This document shows positions 62,201-64,000 of a stretch of 64,000 nt of DNA, in pieces. The stretch is from a virus. Lineage: Duplodnaviria > Caudoviricetes. The notes under the pieces were generated by a model. The model saw only the letters and a program-made list of their open reading frames with translations, was not told where the DNA came from and made no database searches. A program made the position numbers and the translations under genes. How positions within the stretch are numbered: the stretch's first letter is position 1; each line of letters starts with the position of its first letter. The stretch lies in IMG/VR virus record IMGVR_UViG_3300021400_000612, positions 1 through 64,000 of that record; one strand, written 5' to 3'.

Positions 62201-64000
62201 ATTCATTGGCTAAAACTCTTATGTATACTAGAGCTACTCAGACTCAAGTTGATGCAAACAATAAACAAAACACTGAACCTGCACAAGCTGCTACTGCTCA
62301 ACCAGACACTAGTGCTGCTGGTACTCAAACTCAAAATTCTGGCACATCTCAAAATCCAGTTTCAGCCCAACCAACGGGGCAGCCTATCAATCAATCGCAA
62401 CAAGGTTCTAATGCAGCCACAAGTCAAGGAAATGGGCAAATAGAGCAAACAAGTGGACAAACCACACCTACACAAATAGCATTATCATATAATGGTAATA
62501 CTATTAATTATAGTGTTCCACAAGCTGGTGCTACTAGTAGTACAAACGTTATTATTGTCAAACCTCTTGGTAATGGCAATTTTGAATTAGATTTCGTTAA
62601 TAAAGGCTCAGACGTTAGACCTGAAGATATTAGTAACAATAGACTGTTTGATGTTCAACAACAACCTATGGATGGTGCTGTTGTTAAGCGTAATCCTATT
62701 GTTAGGTTTGGAAATAACAATGAAGTTCAAGTTGTAAGTCAAGGTCTAGTAGAGAATCCATCAATTTCTTCTACGGGGGAGCAAGGCAGCTCTGTAGCTA
62801 ATGCTCAAAGTTATATTGATAGAATGGAATCTGCCAACACTCATAAGGAAGTTGATGCAATATATACAGAAGCTCTTAACAATGGAATACAGGAAAAAGA
62901 AATATTTCCTACTTATAGTAGAAGACATAAAGAAATAGATGACGCTAAAAAAGTTGTTGAACCTGAAGCTCCAGTTAGAGGAGCAGACCCTCTTGTTTAT
63001 ATTCCTCAGATAGCAGATGCTGCTAGAGCTGCTGCTATGAAATTGAAGAATGGTGAAACTGTTACTTATGAAGAATATTTAGGCGGTCTTACTGATGTAA
63101 AAGCGGCTATAAATGATGATATAACTTTTGAAAAGATTGCAAAAGAACGTTGGCAAACTGCTATGCAGCGTCTTGCGAAAAAATATCCTGAGGTTGTTGA
63201 TAATATCATTAATACTCTTCAAAGTAGCACTACAGAAGAAGTTCCTGAAAGTAATCTTAAACGTGTATTCGATAAGAACTTTACTAGTGCTGTAGAGAAA
63301 CTTGTTAAAGCATATCTTAAAGATATAGGTCAGAAGAAAGTTAATGGTAAGTATGTTATAAGTCTTGAAAATCTTCTTCGCTATTGTAATGGTGAATTCC
63401 AAAATAACGAGAATGCTGAAATACTTTATAATGTTCTTGCTAGTTATTTGAAATCTGATGAGGCTAGTAGTCTTTATGATGTTATTGAAACTGAAGAAGA
63501 AATTGCTGCACCTGACTTTTTAGATAATGTCAAAACGCCTTTAGAAGAAAGAATAAATAAAGCAATTAGACAAGAAAATCATAGAATAAATACTATCGGC
63601 GTTCAAAATAAAGAAGTATTTGACGAACTTGAAGAAGGACAAGAACTTTCACTTAGAGAAACTAATGATAGAATTTATTTTACTTTTGATGGTAAAGATG
63701 TAGGTTATATAGGTAAGCCAAAAGTTGTAAATGGAACTTATAGTTCTCCTTATGAATATTGGCTATTTAGAATTAGACCTAATGGTAAAGATACATACTA
63801 TTCTAAACTTGCTGAAATATTTAAAGCTATTGTAAATGCTACAGATGGTGAACTTAAAGAAATTTATGATGCTGCTTTAGCTGGTAGTTGGCATCTTGAA
63901 GGTAATGCTACTTGGGATGCTATAAAAGCAGAATACACTATCAATACAATAGATAATGAAACAGGTGAAGAAAAGGATGATGTAGACTTTAGACTTCTTA
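59209..64000 (+). CDS. giant cargo/ejection protein (partial, >1590 aa)
   Basis: ATG at 59209 (MDVLDFINRNGQRTVPNPNY...); spot-checked in frame to the end; absent from the ORF track, consistent with no stop inside the window. Confidence 0.75.
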   Translation, partial: MDVLDFINRNGQRTVPNPNYNPKSKKNTEPPTIIVPDAQPIPDDVIEMAKRDALNQFSIDSGTADKYREFGLNYNPKDNLDKQLADAQSNWSKAVNALGQTLVSEIGIGTAKGVSDLIDFVGQKVGLSDPNYSNPVSQYLEEKQKEFEEWAPVYADPDNNTLKDQFTGGFNLGYWFSNIPSIASSLTLLIPSTGITKALSWAGKASKISKYTNRAARAIANPVAHAFGRSGFTSAEMGVAFETGINAALSRTMENYQEARQTYNDSYIDMSNTLNNMSDEEYNKFLQRNAQYLADNNIDTTDRDSVAKQLARSAADRTFQLDFANVVFDAYQIYGLRNLLTHAPRFNQSAATRAAQRNAMRTAGMTEEQAAAELAKDSRLTKIGYWVNDNLFGFGRQIKSELSEGVEEAVNYIAQQEGTHLGKYLLTGENGDSRDLNLLSSVGPMTSRILNDYYNDTGLWDSAFWGVVGGVVFQAGGSKLNRISQTIKNRQEEKKSANKDNAKTQEAKVTPHWWALDQSAETERMLTEINGRNVKLNTLRENMQKINAGKNPYIVNEDKTNPDISSPVEERMLREKAYTEYLDEMIITARNNGTLNMLEAYLEDSNVQDAIVAAYQSGDNANRVSKEEAQQAAAKASERVKKIDRMYQDEIIHASDIADRVGDKEGTALPAEYIQMIASSNVRHRLNLERYDEVAAMYNEDTERIKKVLGDKFDSTIDYQGLVSLRATIQELSGLIAQKKELETKQKEKPTLTTQFDIEEIDNQINVIKRKALQTSTDAQFARTLYALQVANSAVREYAPDGKTFKVNASDADLIANLDNFLMNDLSHIFDEVGQEKRDNISNDAVLGELRKVMNDMRYVLPVDANGKRQDTESYLENLDPKLPENYDILARIELEKIKENARLAETEQEIRHYIGAINNMENVARKRVIEDAFNTLSDIQKNHTDLNIMQIANGIYDENNADWLIQTNGLTDEERNKLREALKVLNLADVKNRTLFDSLAKTLMYTRATQTQVDANNKQNTEPAQAATAQPDTSAAGTQTQNSGTSQNPVSAQPTGQPINQSQQGSNAATSQGNGQIEQTSGQTTPTQIALSYNGNTINYSVPQAGATSSTNVIIVKPLGNGNFELDFVNKGSDVRPEDISNNRLFDVQQQPMDGAVVKRNPIVRFGNNNEVQVVSQGLVENPSISSTGEQGSSVANAQSYIDRMESANTHKEVDAIYTEALNNGIQEKEIFPTYSRRHKEIDDAKKVVEPEAPVRGADPLVYIPQIADAARAAAMKLKNGETVTYEEYLGGLTDVKAAINDDITFEKIAKERWQTAMQRLAKKYPEVVDNIINTLQSSTTEEVPESNLKRVFDKNFTSAVEKLVKAYLKDIGQKKVNGKYVISLENLLRYCNGEFQNNENAEILYNVLASYLKSDEASSLYDVIETEEEIAAPDFLDNVKTPLEERINKAIRQENHRINTIGVQNKEVFDELEEGQELSLRETNDRIYFTFDGKDVGYIGKPKVVNGTYSSPYEYWLFRIRPNGKDTYYSKLAEIFKAIVNATDGELKEIYDAALAGSWHLEGNATWDAIKAEYTINTIDNETGEEKDDVDFRLL

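Larger units (their letters stand above)
5282..62782. repeat. dispersed 13-bp motif TCTAC(G/A)GG(G/C)G(A/T)GC, 21 copies
   Basis: Plus orientation: 5282, 13986, 14225, 19055, 22116, 29941, 35462, 40682, 46024, 47175, 49118, 54325, 62770. Reverse orientation: 10840, 13461, 18143, 40831, 43427, 46592, 54714, 60902. Confidence 0.92.

Noticed and set aside
5282-62782. CRISPR array interpretation of the 13-bp motif
   Set aside because: Copies are kilobases apart, in both orientations, often in frame inside genes; no spacer periodicity or cas genes.
1-64000. Stop-codon reassignment (TAG/TGA), known in some crAss-like phages
   Set aside because: Core genes are intact under code 11; TAG ends genes at 27471, 40831, 46872 and 57415; the Gln tRNA has TTG, not CTA.

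Overview
AT-rich 64-kb segment of a crAss-like (Crassvirales) Bacteroidota phage. Gene order and a family-B DNA polymerase resemble the p-crAssphage/Intestiviridae type (inferred, not database-checked). The standard genetic code applies: TAG ends several clean genes. The left arm (1-~17.1 kb, mostly minus strand) holds replication genes (primase, HNH endonuclease, SSB, RecT-like protein, degenerate SF2 helicase, PolB, SF1 helicase), three tRNAs, many small early-type ORFs and two plus-strand RepL-like wHTH genes. A ~1.2-kb non-coding switch region with divergent Bacteroidota-type promoters lies at 17.1-18.3 kb. The right arm (plus strand) holds a nuclease, lysis genes, terminase, portal, major capsid, ring/tail proteins, tail spike, collagen-like fibre, holin, a six-gene accessory cassette, muzzle and cargo proteins, ending in a >1590-codon ORF that runs off the window. 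The most unusual unexplained signals are (i) a GC-rich 13-bp motif, TCTAC(G/A)GG(G/C)G(A/T)GC, in 21 copies on both strands, inside and between genes; (ii) three intergenic 96-bp elements with conserved boxes at near-fixed spacing; (iii) an iteron-like cluster next to the RepL-like pair. Product calls come from motif recognition and synteny; coordinates were counted by hand.
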